Made by a program: the position numbers and the translations under genes. From the NCBI GenBank assembly GCA_964482425.1, contig CAYZXN010000221.1, positions 1 to 56,441 on the forward strand: a stretch of DNA of 56,441 nucleotides, given 5' to 3'. This document shows positions 27,093 through 36,806 of the stretch, piece after piece. A model generated the notes under the pieces. That model saw nothing but the letters and a program-made list of their open reading frames with translations. It had not been told where the DNA came from and searched no databases. Origin of the DNA: an uncultured Syntrophobacteraceae bacterium (GTDB lineage Bacteria > Desulfobacterota > Binatia > UBA9968). Each line of letters begins with the position of its first letter. Position 1 is the stretch's first letter.

Positions 27093-28064
27093 TCACTGCG
27101 GCATTTCGCCGTAGACGCCGGGGTGAGCTATTTCCCAGAAATACAGAATGTGCGCATTCCCGGCAGCGTCGCGGTAGGATTCGACGATCTTTGGCGGCCA
27201 GTCGCCCATATCGAAGGTGTACGAAACGATCCGAGCACCCGGCCGGAGTTGCCTTTGCAGATGCGGCTTTAACGCCGCGTTGCCGTCCTGGGACAAATAC
27301 AGCATCACCACGCTAGCCGGAGACAAGTCCGCGGTCATGAAATCCTGCTGCCGGATATCCACGAGTTGCTCTAAATTTTCGTCTTTAATTTTCTCGCGGG
27401 CGAGTTTCACCAGTCCCGGATCGACCTCGAAACCCACTCCCTTGATGCCGTACTTTTTCGCCGCGGCAAGCAGCATGCGCCCGTCGCCCGAACCGAGATC
27501 GTAAATCACGTCGTCGCTCCTGACTGCCGCCAAGGCCAGCATGCGATCCACGACTTCTTGCGGCGTCGGATCGAAAGGCGCCAGTTGCTCGGGAAGGCTC
27601 CGCGCCGGTGATCCGCCAAGTAATGGCGCGGGAGCGAAGTGCCCCGCAGGAAGCTCCGGCATGATCGATGTCGTTACCATCGGTCCCGAGCCGGCGGGAA
27701 CCTGGATAATCACAGAGCTGCCGCCGTAAGGGAAATATTCGGTGAAATGCCCATAACGATATGGATAGTAGTAGATGAACGGCCGGTAGATTCGATGCGA
27801 AAGTGCCCCAGGTACGACTCTGAAACGCATAAAGGGTCGCTGGTGATAATGAAAGCGGACACCGGGCAAATGCGGAATAACAATACGCTGATCTGAAAAA
27901 GCGCGGCGCGATGTGCCGAAGTCCGGCTTTACCGTCGATGCCGTGCCGCGCTGACGCGCTGTGCCGGCGGCATGAAAACCGCCGCCCCGGCGAAATCCGT
28001 CGGCGCATGCAGGATGCGGCGCGAGCAGCAGCAGAACAGCGATGATGATCGCCAGTCGCATCAT
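27093..28064 (-). CDS. class I SAM-dependent methyltransferase with N-terminal signal peptide and a Tyr/Pro/His/Phe-rich linker
   Basis: SAM motif I VIYDLGSGDGRM, then GVGFEVD and DFMTADL. N-terminus MMRLAIIIAVLLLLAPHPACA. Confidence 0.75.
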   Translation of the reverse strand: MMRLAIIIAVLLLLAPHPACADGFRRGGGFHAAGTARQRGTASTVKPDFGTSRRAFSDQRIVIPHLPGVRFHYHQRPFMRFRVVPGALSHRIYRPFIYYYPYRYGHFTEYFPYGGSSVIIQVPAGSGPMVTTSIMPELPAGHFAPAPLLGGSPARSLPEQLAPFDPTPQEVVDRMLALAAVRSDDVIYDLGSGDGRMLLAAAKKYGIKGVGFEVDPGLVKLAREKIKDENLEQLVDIRQQDFMTADLSPASVVMLYLSQDGNAALKPHLQRQLRPGARIVSYTFDMGDWPPKIVESYRDAAGNAHILYFWEIAHPGVYGEMPQ

Positions 28065-28233
28065 GTAGGATCTTAAAAACACTCGCAGGGCCAAGTCAAC
28101 CAGAACAGTTGGCGATGGGTGATGGACTCAGACCTCAAGCAACAGATGGAAACTCCATCCTTTTGATGTCGTTCAGCAGAGGGGCTCAAGGAGATGGAAC
28201 GCAACGGAGCTATGAGTATTTCTCAGCGGCCGG

Positions 28234-29505
28234 TCAGATGCCGATGTTACGTATGACAGGTGCCCGCCAGACGAGTAGCAAGGCGAGCACAATCACGACG
28301 ATACCCATGTAACTCACGGTCATCGGCGCGCCCACATAGTGCGAGCTGATGCCGGCGACCAGCGCTCCGGCCGGCATCAAACCGCGATCCAACGCATAGA
28401 TGCTCATCACGCGGCCGCGCAATTGATCCGGCACGATGACTTGCAACAGGGTGTGAGTCGTCGCCATGTACAGGATCTGGAAGACACCGATGCCAACCAA
28501 CGCTAGCAAGGCCATAGGAAATGAACGGGTCCAGGAAAACACATTCAACATCACGCCCAATAAGATAAGGCTTCCCAGCAAAACGAAGCCCTGATGGCGG
28601 ATGCGATTGGCCAGTGTAGCCAGAAACAAACCGGCAAAGATCGCACCTACTCCCGGCGCTGCCAGCAGCATGCCCAACCCTTCCGGACCGACACCGAGCA
28701 CGTCTTTTTGGAAGACCGGCATCAACGTTTGGTAAGGAATGGCAAAAACCCTCGGCACCAGCGCCGCCGTCATCAGAGCGAAAACGATTGGATTGGACCA
28801 TACGTAGACCAATCCTTCCTTGAGGTTGGCCAATGCCGATGAACGGCGCGCATCTCCGGGCGTCGGCGGCACCTCGATCCAGTACATGGCGACGAGCACG
28901 GCCGCATAGGCCAAACCTTGGACAAAGAAATTTCCTGCCGATCCGAACCACAGGATCAACAAGCCGCCCAGTGACGGACCGAGGATTTTGGTGAGATTGA
29001 ACGCCGAAGAATTGAGCGCGATGGCGTTCATCAAGTCGCTTTTCGGCACCACGTTGGGAATTACACTCTGGCGCACCGGATCGACGAACGCCCAGGCACA
29101 TCCGGTAATCAGTGTAAAGACAAACAGATGCCAGATCTCCAGATAGCCGGAGGCTATGATGATTCCCATGGCAACGGCGGTGGCCATCAAAACGTACTGC
29201 GTGCCGAGAATCAGGCCACGCCGGTTCATCCGGTCCGCGGCAACGCCGGCAATTGGACTGGCGATCAAAAACGGCAACACGCGCAGGCCGTTCAACGCGC
29301 CGAGCAGGATCGATGATCCCGTGAGCTCGTAGAGCAGCCATCCCAGGGTCACCTGTTGAATCCACTGGCCGCCGCTCATGAAGAGCGTACCAAACCAGAG
29401 ATAACGAAAATTAACGTGGCGCAGCGACGAGAAAGTACCCAGCCGAAATCGTGGCGCGCGCGTTTGGGCGCGGGTTTCCTGATGCAGAGTTGTTGGTTCT
29501 TCCAA
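28234..29505 (-). CDS. MFS transporter (EntS/MFS_3-like)
   Basis: 423 aa with about 12 hydrophobic helices. FRYLWFGTLFMSGGQWIQQV and GVAADRMNRR are typical of this MFS subgroup. Confidence 0.85.
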   Translation of the reverse strand: MEEPTTLHQETRAQTRAPRFRLGTFSSLRHVNFRYLWFGTLFMSGGQWIQQVTLGWLLYELTGSSILLGALNGLRVLPFLIASPIAGVAADRMNRRGLILGTQYVLMATAVAMGIIIASGYLEIWHLFVFTLITGCAWAFVDPVRQSVIPNVVPKSDLMNAIALNSSAFNLTKILGPSLGGLLILWFGSAGNFFVQGLAYAAVLVAMYWIEVPPTPGDARRSSALANLKEGLVYVWSNPIVFALMTAALVPRVFAIPYQTLMPVFQKDVLGVGPEGLGMLLAAPGVGAIFAGLFLATLANRIRHQGFVLLGSLILLGVMLNVFSWTRSFPMALLALVGIGVFQILYMATTHTLLQVIVPDQLRGRVMSIYALDRGLMPAGALVAGISSHYVGAPMTVSYMGIVVIVLALLLVWRAPVIRNIGI

Positions 29506-29644
29506 GCTGATGGGTCCTTCGGCTGCGCACTAAGGCGCAACGAGCCGGATTCGATGAGCTTCTAACAGCTCAACCATCTCGGTATTCGATACATGGAGAG
29601 GAATTCTGGGTGCGGGGCAATGCGAGAATACCGGCCGCTGACGT

Positions 29645-30499
29645 TCAATCCACTCGGCTTACGAACATAGCATCATCTACACGAATAAATCCAGGCGGCT
29701 TGCCCTGTCTCGAACGGACTTCAAGCCATTCTCCCGACGCACGCACGACCGTTACCTTCGTCCCCTTGCCAATCATCGCGAGGGCCTGAGAGCCGGCGGA
29801 CGGCCCCTGACGGACAGTCGTGGCCCGAATCACTTCATAGACTCCGGGCTCGGCAGCTCGGCGAGCGGCCGGCGTCGCAGGGCGCGGCGCCGGCGCAGGG
29901 CGCTCCGCAGCGCGCGCGGTGGATGGCGCGCGGTTCGGTGCCTGGCGCGCCGCTTCGCGGGTGACGCTGGCCAACCGCTCCTGTGCCTTTGATACTTCGC
30001 TCCGGCTTTCCTGAAGTTTGGTCGTGAGCGCTGCTATCTGCACCTTATTCGCTTCGAGTTCCTGGCGAGCCTGCTTGAGCTGCGCTTCAAGCGCCTTTAT
30101 GTTTCGCTCTCGGTCCTGCAATTTCCTGAGATTCGCCATTTCCTCTTGCTGGCTTTCGCTTCGTTGTTGATGACTACCGATGAGATACACGCCGAGAGCG
30201 AAGACGATGAAACCGGCTGCCAGTATTGCCTTCGATCGCAATGTTAGCGGGCTCGCGGCACGCGGGCTGCGCTCTCCGGGTTCGGCGCTTTCCTCGCGAC
30301 CGGGCCACTGCGGCGCTGCCGCCGCCTTGAAATCGGCTTTGCAGTAAGGACAGCTAGGGGCGTCCTCCTGAATGCTGTTGGCGCAATGAGGGCAAAGGCG
30401 CACCTGATCCCGACTGGTGCTCACCAGCGCCTTGCCGTCGGTGTCGCAGAAACCGACCTCATCGCCGTATTGCGCGGAGCAACTAGGGCACTGTTTCAT
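29645..30499 (-). CDS. double zinc-ribbon / TM / coiled-coil / SH3b-domain protein
   Basis: CPSC...C.TDG and CPHC...CPYC ribbons, a TM helix (AILAAGFIVFALGVYLIG), a heptad-like Q/E/K/L segment, an Ala/Pro/Arg linker, and a C-terminal SH3_3-like segment (VRQGPS...G.KVTVV...GEWLEV). Confidence 0.7.
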   Translation of the reverse strand: MKQCPSCSAQYGDEVGFCDTDGKALVSTSRDQVRLCPHCANSIQEDAPSCPYCKADFKAAAAPQWPGREESAEPGERSPRAASPLTLRSKAILAAGFIVFALGVYLIGSHQQRSESQQEEMANLRKLQDRERNIKALEAQLKQARQELEANKVQIAALTTKLQESRSEVSKAQERLASVTREAARQAPNRAPSTARAAERPAPAPRPATPAARRAAEPGVYEVIRATTVRQGPSAGSQALAMIGKGTKVTVVRASGEWLEVRSRQGKPPGFIRVDDAMFVSRVD

Positions 30500-30701
30500 G
30501 GAAGCATTGTGAAATGATTGGCCCCCAGCGTCAAGAGAGTTGATGCGCGTCAGCCGACCGTTGGTCGAGATTCTTCACAGTTATCGGATCGATAAAAAGA
30601 TATCATTGGATGCACAGATCATCAGATCCTATATTAGACGCGCGGAGCGGTTTAATGCTAATCGAACTCGGTGGGCTCGCTTGGCCGCACCCGCCGCGCA
30701 A

Positions 30702-31130
30702 CTATCGTAATTGTGAGGAGGCTAAGATCCGATGCTCTTCACAAACGGGCTCGGCAAGAGGGCGACACCCAGTCCTAACTGGCTCAGCTTCTTTTGCAGT
30801 TCCAAGCCTATGAATTCCACCTCGATCCGCATGGGCTGGCCGGCGCTCTTCGAATCTTCTTTTTATATAACTACAATACTGGCAGCCCTCCTGGTTCAAG
30901 ATCCATCGGGCCTCGGCGAGATCGTCCCACGTTATCTTCTTTCTCTTTGTCAACGGATCGTCGGGTGAGGTCACAAAAACCAGATCTGTCGTTGTCAACG
31001 GCGTAAACGTGAGCTGCGGGAATCCCTCTAACTTTGGATCGACTAATACAAGCACGTTAGCGATCTTTCCCGCATTCTCAAGGCGGCCAAGGAAGAGATC
31101 GCCGATCTGCGGGATCTTCGCGGCGGGCAT
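30702..31130 (-). pseudogene. LysR-family regulator remnant (no HTH, frameshifted C-terminus)
   Basis: Only the substrate-binding domain is present. After ...RRFEERR the homologous sequence (AGQPMRIEVEFIGLELQKKLSQLGLGVALLPSPFVKSIGS, stop at 30722-30724) continues in another frame. The shift lies near 30835-30850. Confidence 0.7.
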
Positions 31131-31137
31131 CTTTAGC

Positions 31138-31761
31138 TCAGTGCCGCGCTCCGTACTCGGCGATGGATCGGTGGTTGGGGCGCTTCATCATGCGGTCAGT
31201 CCATGCTTTGAGACGGGGGAATCGATCCGGCAGGCCGACGCCCATGTCGACGAGGCGGGACAGATTCGGGGTGAAGGCGATGTCCGCGATACTGTATTCG
31301 CCAGCCAGAAAATCTTTGCCGTCCAGCTCTTCTTCGAGCCTCTCAAAGATGCTCGCCATGCTTTCAAATGCCGCGGCAATCAGCGTGTGGTCCCAATCTT
31401 CCTTGTCAACACTGCGAGTGAGTCGCGAGATGGTCTTCAGCGCGGGATAGAGATGGTTGTCGCGGAAATCCTCCAGGATACGCGCTTTGGCGCGCGCGGC
31501 GGGGTCTTGCGGAAAAACGGGTACCTGAGGATATTTCTCCTCAAGGAATTCGTTGATGATGGTCGACTCGTAAATGACCACACCGTCATCGTCCATGGCG
31601 GGCACAAGCCCATATGGATTGATACGAAGATACTCGGGGGCGGTTTGCTCTTTTTTTCGTAAATCGATAATCACGCTTTCGTAGCTCAGGCCCTTTTCGG
31701 CGAGGACGAGTCTCACCTTCTGGCAATTGCTCGATGGCGGATATTCGTAAAGTCTGATCAT
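31138..31761 (-). CDS. glutathione S-transferase
   Basis: 207 aa. Has MIRLYEYPPSSNCQKVRLVLAEKGL...NPYGLVPAM..VIYESTIINEFL and a C-terminal GST helical domain. Confidence 0.9.
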   Translation of the reverse strand: MIRLYEYPPSSNCQKVRLVLAEKGLSYESVIIDLRKKEQTAPEYLRINPYGLVPAMDDDGVVIYESTIINEFLEEKYPQVPVFPQDPAARAKARILEDFRDNHLYPALKTISRLTRSVDKEDWDHTLIAAAFESMASIFERLEEELDGKDFLAGEYSIADIAFTPNLSRLVDMGVGLPDRFPRLKAWTDRMMKRPNHRSIAEYGARH

Positions 31762-31781
31762 GGCTGCGCTCGAGTAAATGA

Positions 31782-32948
31782 CTAAGGTTTGACGATTAGG
31801 GATGGCTCCTCGGTCTGTTTTGTTTTTTGCTGAGACAAATAAAATGCGAAACTCTTCTGCACCAGTCCGGTGAGAAACGAAATATCCAGCGGTCCGGGAT
31901 CGCCGCTGCCGGTTTGCACAGCCACGGCCGCCGATAGCTTGGCCGATTCCTCGCGGCCCGTTTCAAGCAGATAGAGCGCCATGTCCTCCATGCGCCGCTG
32001 CAGCACGCGACCGAGTTCGCCGGCGCAAAGCGCCTTGACAGCGTCGCGCACGATGCCGGCAAATCGCTCCTCCTTTTGAACCGCATTCAAAACCAACCGG
32101 CTGCTCTTGGCGTCTTCGAGCTGTGAAAGATAGGGCGAGACCCAATCCTCCTCGAGAACCCAATAGCGGAACTCAGGCTCCTCCAACAAGCGGCGCGACT
32201 GCTCCCGCCAGTCGCCATCCCTTGCGCTATCCACATTGATTCGGCGGTAAACTGGATGATCCTGCGGCTTGGGTTTGCCTACGCCGATGACCGCCCGCAG
32301 TTCATGAAAATTTTCCAGCCCGCTTCGCCCCTGGGCTTTGGCCGTTTCATAGGCAGCATATATCGTTTCATCGGCATAATCCCAAGAGACCGGAACCATG
32401 CTGATGCCGTGTTTTTCTTTGATTTCGCGGAACATGTTGCGCAACTCTTTGCGGCGAATCCGAGCTCCGCCGATGCGCAACAATCCTTCCCGATCACTGA
32501 CCATAGCTTGTATGGTCTGCAATCCCTGACCGGCCTGCGGCTTGACGATCCATAGAAGCCGACCGCCGGCACCGTCGACAGCGGACATATAGGCTTCGAC
32601 GCTGGCGGAAGTCCATGAACCCAAAGCTGCCGTGGAAGCAGCCGCAGGTTGCGAGTCTGGAACATGTAAACCTTTTTGACCGAGCTTAAATAGCGAACGG
32701 CGAATCTCCTTTTTAAGTGCCTTGTCGCGCGTTTCGCTTTCCAGCTGCACAAGCACGTCGACCGCGGCTTGGTCGGCAATTTTCCCCAGCATCCAAACTA
32801 CCGCGAGATTTATCTGCGGTTCTCTTCCAAACTGCTGCTGCAGATATGGTACAAGCGACGGCGCCGCTTGATCGACGGCAACGCCGGCTTGGCGCAGCGT
32901 TTCGAGCCCCTTCTTGATCTCCTGTTCTTGTAATTTGGCTTTGGCCAC
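31782..32948 (-). CDS. hypothetical protein (HEAT-like N-terminus, otherwise no recognised family)
   Basis: 388-aa ORF with coding-like composition. It is tightly packed between the deacetylase and GST genes on the same strand. Confidence 0.6.
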   Translation of the reverse strand: MAKAKLQEQEIKKGLETLRQAGVAVDQAAPSLVPYLQQQFGREPQINLAVVWMLGKIADQAAVDVLVQLESETRDKALKKEIRRSLFKLGQKGLHVPDSQPAAASTAALGSWTSASVEAYMSAVDGAGGRLLWIVKPQAGQGLQTIQAMVSDREGLLRIGGARIRRKELRNMFREIKEKHGISMVPVSWDYADETIYAAYETAKAQGRSGLENFHELRAVIGVGKPKPQDHPVYRRINVDSARDGDWREQSRRLLEEPEFRYWVLEEDWVSPYLSQLEDAKSSRLVLNAVQKEERFAGIVRDAVKALCAGELGRVLQRRMEDMALYLLETGREESAKLSAAVAVQTGSGDPGPLDISFLTGLVQKSFAFYLSQQKTKQTEEPSLIVKP

Positions 32949-32987
32949 TCGCGTATCTCTTTTTCGTCGTGCCAGGTAAATTGCGAT

Positions 32988-33932
32988 TTACTTAGCCGAC
33001 ATCAGATCGGCAACTTTACCCTGCCGCCCGGCGAAAGCAAAGTTCGGCCAGGTCTCCACTTGCGTATCGCGATAATTTTCGCGATACCATCCGGCGATTT
33101 CACCCGCGGTGGCAAACCATACCTTTCTATGGCTCTTGGCATAGCGAATAAACTCACGCAACAAAAGCGCGCGGAAAGGCCGGCCGCCGACAAACGGGTG
33201 ATTTCCCCACATCATGAATTTAGGATCGGTGGCGCCTTCTTCGTAGAGACAATCGAAGCAGTCCTTCCACATCTGCAAAAGATCCCTCGGGGTTCTGCCG
33301 GCGCGCTGGTAGCTCGAGTAATCGTTGAGATCCTGAAAGTACGAAAGGACTGTTAAATCTTTGCCCTTCACTTTGAGGGTATAGGGGGTCTCTTCATGCT
33401 GAGGGTCCATCCAGTAACTATAACCGAGCTCCAGGATGATTTCCGGCGTCGATGCGCTGGGGGCAACGCCGGTCGAAAGATAGCCGACCGGCGTAGTGCC
33501 GAGGACTTTTCTTACCGCTTCGGCGGTTTTTTTCAGGTCCGCTTTCTCTTTGGCGCGCTTTTTCATGTAGCTGTAATCATGAATCCAGGTTTCGGTGCCG
33601 ACCTCGTGTCCCTGCGCGGCGATCTCTTTGAAAATCTCCGGATAGTTCTGGATAGTAATACCGGTGGGGAAAAAGCTTGTGTGAACTTTCTCCTTCTCGA
33701 AGATTTCGAGCATGCGATAAATACCAACCCGCTCGCCGAACTCACGGTCCGTGATGATAGCAAGATTCTTTTTGGTCACCGCGTTCCTCGGAAAGCTGCG
33801 ACGATTTTCCTGTTGCAAGGTGTTGGGACCGCCGAGGTCCTCCGGCCAGGTTTCAAACGCGACGCAAGGTGTGATGGCGATGCGCGCGCCGTTGGGCCAC
33901 TTGATCGGAGATCTGTTCGGTTTCACTTTCAT
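32988..33932 (-). CDS. polysaccharide deacetylase (NodB-homology / PuuE-like) family protein
   Basis: WPNGARIAITPCVAFETW...FGERVGIYRMLEIFEKEKVHTSFF is typical. ATG 33932 follows GAGGAGG. Confidence 0.8.
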   Translation of the reverse strand: MKVKPNRSPIKWPNGARIAITPCVAFETWPEDLGGPNTLQQENRRSFPRNAVTKKNLAIITDREFGERVGIYRMLEIFEKEKVHTSFFPTGITIQNYPEIFKEIAAQGHEVGTETWIHDYSYMKKRAKEKADLKKTAEAVRKVLGTTPVGYLSTGVAPSASTPEIILELGYSYWMDPQHEETPYTLKVKGKDLTVLSYFQDLNDYSSYQRAGRTPRDLLQMWKDCFDCLYEEGATDPKFMMWGNHPFVGGRPFRALLLREFIRYAKSHRKVWFATAGEIAGWYRENYRDTQVETWPNFAFAGRQGKVADLMSAK

Positions 33933-34154
33933 ACTGCCTCCTCGGTGTGAAAATATCCGTTTAGTCATGCCACAGTTCCCTCGCGTTGCCAACAGGGATG
34001 GCGTCTTTCAACGGATCACATAGCTCTTAAATATGGCTTAGCCAACTCACCGGATTCACAACGTTTCCGTGTCGTGTGAAGGAAAAGCGGACTTGACTTG
34101 AGCAGGGATGACGGTTAAGTCATTGAGAACGAATCAGAGCAGGAGGCTTGAGTC

Positions 34155-34970
34155 ATGGCAGAAGGAAAAATGATTGAATACCGCGTTGACAGCGGAGTCG
34201 CAGTGCTGGAGATCAACCGACCGCCCGCGAATGCCTACACCACCGAACTCTTGAAAGAATTGGATACGGCGATTCTCGATGCCAGGTTTGACGACAATGT
34301 CCACGCCATCGTCATCACCGGCAAACTCGAGCGATTTTTTTCCGCCGGCGCCGACATCAAGATGTTGGGCAGCGCGACTTTGTCCACCAAGAACAACTTC
34401 GCCCTTCACGGCCATGAGGTTCTCATGCGCATCGAGAACACGCCCAAGCTGGTGATCGCCGCCATCAACGGCCATGCTCAAGGCGGTGGTCTGGAAATCG
34501 CCATGGCCTGTGACATCCGCATCGCCAAAAAAGAAGGCGGGCGAATCGGACTGCCGGAAATCAATCTGGGTGTCATACCAGGCATGGGTGGCACTCAGCG
34601 TTTGCCGCGACTGGTCGGCAAAGCGCGGGCCATGGAACTTTGCGCCACCGGCAAGCTCATCTCTTTCGAAGAAGGAGTCGAGATGGGACTCATCCATTAT
34701 ATCTATGAAAAGGAGAAGGATGACGGCGGTGTAAAAGTCACTTTCATGGAACAAGTCATGGATTACGCGCGGCAGTTCATCGTGCCAAACAAGAGCAGCC
34801 TGGCAGTGGGTAAAGTTAAACGCGCGATCACCACCGGCCTGGAGGTATCCTTGCCCGAAGGTCTGGCGTTCGAGCGGGAACTGCTGGCGCAGACCTTCGC
34901 CAGTGAGGACGGCAACGAAGGGGTCAAAGCGTTCTTCGAAAAGAGAACCGCGCAGTTCAAAGGCAGGTAA
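34155..34970 (+). CDS. enoyl-CoA hydratase/isomerase (crotonase) family
   Basis: 271 aa. Has VAVLEINRPPANA, FFSAGADIK, AAINGHAQGGGLEIAMACDIRIA and LPEINLGVIPGMGGTQRLPRLVG. Confidence 0.9.
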   Translation: MAEGKMIEYRVDSGVAVLEINRPPANAYTTELLKELDTAILDARFDDNVHAIVITGKLERFFSAGADIKMLGSATLSTKNNFALHGHEVLMRIENTPKLVIAAINGHAQGGGLEIAMACDIRIAKKEGGRIGLPEINLGVIPGMGGTQRLPRLVGKARAMELCATGKLISFEEGVEMGLIHYIYEKEKDDGGVKVTFMEQVMDYARQFIVPNKSSLAVGKVKRAITTGLEVSLPEGLAFERELLAQTFASEDGNEGVKAFFEKRTAQFKGR

Positions 34971-35127
34971 ACAAAACATTTTACGAAGCTGAAATTCTCA
35001 GATCCCTCGACAACTCGAAGTAAAGGAAGCCGAGGGGACGAGCGAAGCGTACTCACCTCATATCGCAGCGATTAACGCGGCAAGTCAGGTGAGCATTTTT
35101 GGGCGAACTGAAACTGGAGGAGAGCTA

Positions 35128-36591
35128 ATGGCGAAAATGTTAATTGGTGGAGAGCTGGTCGACTCCGTAACCAAAGAGACCTATGAGGTTCGCAACCCCG
35201 CTACCGGCGCGGTGGTGGATTCGGTACCCAAGGGCAACGAGAAGGACGTGCAGCAGGCGATCCAGTCGGCGGAAGCTGCATTTAAAGAATGGGCCGATGT
35301 AACCGCAGAGGATCGTGGCAACGCGTTGATGAACGCGTGCGAACTGATCAAAAAAAATTCAAGCGAAATAGCCCAATTACTAACGCAAGAGCAAGGTAAA
35401 ACTTTATTTGAATCCGGTTTGGAAATTCATCATCTGGTGCACGGCCTGGAGTTCTATGCCGGACTGGCCTCGAAGGTAAGGGGTTCACATGTGCCGTTGC
35501 CGCAGAAAGGCGCCTATGGCATGGTCGTCCGCCAGCCGATTGGTGTATGCGGCGGCATCGTGCCGTGGAACTTTCCGCTGACGCTGATGGGCACGAAGCT
35601 GGGTCCCGCTCTCGCCGCCGGCAACACGATCATCATCAAGCCGGCGAGCACTACGCCTCTGGCCACCGCTCGTGTCATTGAATTGATCGGCCAGGCAACC
35701 TTCGGCGAGGGCAAGGCACAGAAGACTCTGCCCAAAGGAACGGTCAACATCGTCACGGGGCCGGGCGGCAGCGTGGGGGAAGAACTTCTGCGCAACCCGC
35801 GTATTCGCCGCATCGCTTTTACCGGCTCGACACCGGTGGGACGTCGCGTCATGGAAGTGGCTGGCCGCGAAATCAAACGCGTCACTCTCGAACTCGGCGG
35901 CAGCGATCCGATGATCGTAATGGAAGATGCCAACGTCGATTTGGCCGTCAAGATGGCCGACGTAGGCCGATACTTCAACTGCGGCCAGATGTGCCTCGGC
36001 GTGAAGCGTCTCTTCCTGCAGGAATCCATCGCCGATAAATTCATGGGCGGCCTGGTCGAAATCCTGAAGAAAAAAACCGTCGGCAACGGCGCTAACAAGG
36101 AAACTCGGATGGGTCCGATCCATCTCGAGTCGCAGAGAAAAGAAGTCGAGGAGCAGGTGGAAGACGCCAAGTCCCGCGGTGCGAAGACACTGTTCGGCGG
36201 CGAGCGGCCCAAGGGCGGTGACCTCGACAAGGGCTTTTACTATATGCCCACCTTGATGAGCAACGTGCCCGATGACGCGCGCATGACTACGGAAGAAGTG
36301 TTCGGTCCCGCCCTACCCGTCTACACCTTCAAAACGCTCGACGAAGCGCTGGAAAAGGCCAACTCCTCCGAGTTCGGACTCGGTTCTTCGATTTGGACGC
36401 GCAATCTGTTGCACGCCAACAGGGCCATCGACAAATTGCAGGCTGGAAACGTCTGGGTCAATTCGCTCCACTACGGCTACGATGAACTCCCCTTCGGCGG
36501 CGTAAAATCCAGCGGCGTCGGGCGCGAACATGGGCCCGAAGCGCTCGATTACTATCTTGAGCCCAAGGGTGTTGTTGTCGTCAACGTTTGA
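35128..36591 (+). CDS. NAD(P)-dependent aldehyde dehydrogenase
   Basis: PWNFP, ELGGSDP, catalytic Cys context FNCGQMCLG, and EEVFGP. ATG 35128 follows GGAGGAG. Confidence 0.9.
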   Translation: MAKMLIGGELVDSVTKETYEVRNPATGAVVDSVPKGNEKDVQQAIQSAEAAFKEWADVTAEDRGNALMNACELIKKNSSEIAQLLTQEQGKTLFESGLEIHHLVHGLEFYAGLASKVRGSHVPLPQKGAYGMVVRQPIGVCGGIVPWNFPLTLMGTKLGPALAAGNTIIIKPASTTPLATARVIELIGQATFGEGKAQKTLPKGTVNIVTGPGGSVGEELLRNPRIRRIAFTGSTPVGRRVMEVAGREIKRVTLELGGSDPMIVMEDANVDLAVKMADVGRYFNCGQMCLGVKRLFLQESIADKFMGGLVEILKKKTVGNGANKETRMGPIHLESQRKEVEEQVEDAKSRGAKTLFGGERPKGGDLDKGFYYMPTLMSNVPDDARMTTEEVFGPALPVYTFKTLDEALEKANSSEFGLGSSIWTRNLLHANRAIDKLQAGNVWVNSLHYGYDELPFGGVKSSGVGREHGPEALDYYLEPKGVVVVNV

Positions 36592-36600
36592 TCCTTCCTT

Positions 36601-36640
36601 GTGTTCCAGGAGGCCAGAAACTTTTGGCCTCCTGGAACAC
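36601..36640 (+). terminator. perfect 16-bp stem hairpin 10 nt after the ALDH stop (no U-tract)
   Basis: GTGTTCCAGGAGGCCA-gaaacttt-TGGCCTCCTGGAACAC. Confidence 0.5.
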
Positions 36641-36806
36641 ATCAGCTCCGCTGTTCTCGTGCTAGATCTCACAGTTCGCTCAGGCTTGATGATTTCCGTC
36701 TCTGCCGAAGGGTCCCACGCAGTGCCGGGACTAATCGAGGATATTATCCACACGTGGGCTTGTAGCAGGCAAGATCGTTGATAAAATCTCCTATAGCAAC
36801 CTTACC

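Noticed and set aside
28247-29365. 372-aa ORF in an alternative frame of the MFS gene
   Set aside because: It is on the same strand but Arg/Gly-rich and non-hydrophobic. The 28234..29505 frame gives a canonical 12-helix transporter.
34134-34979. 281-aa minus-strand ORF
   Set aside because: It is antisense to the crotonase gene, whose motifs are unambiguous.
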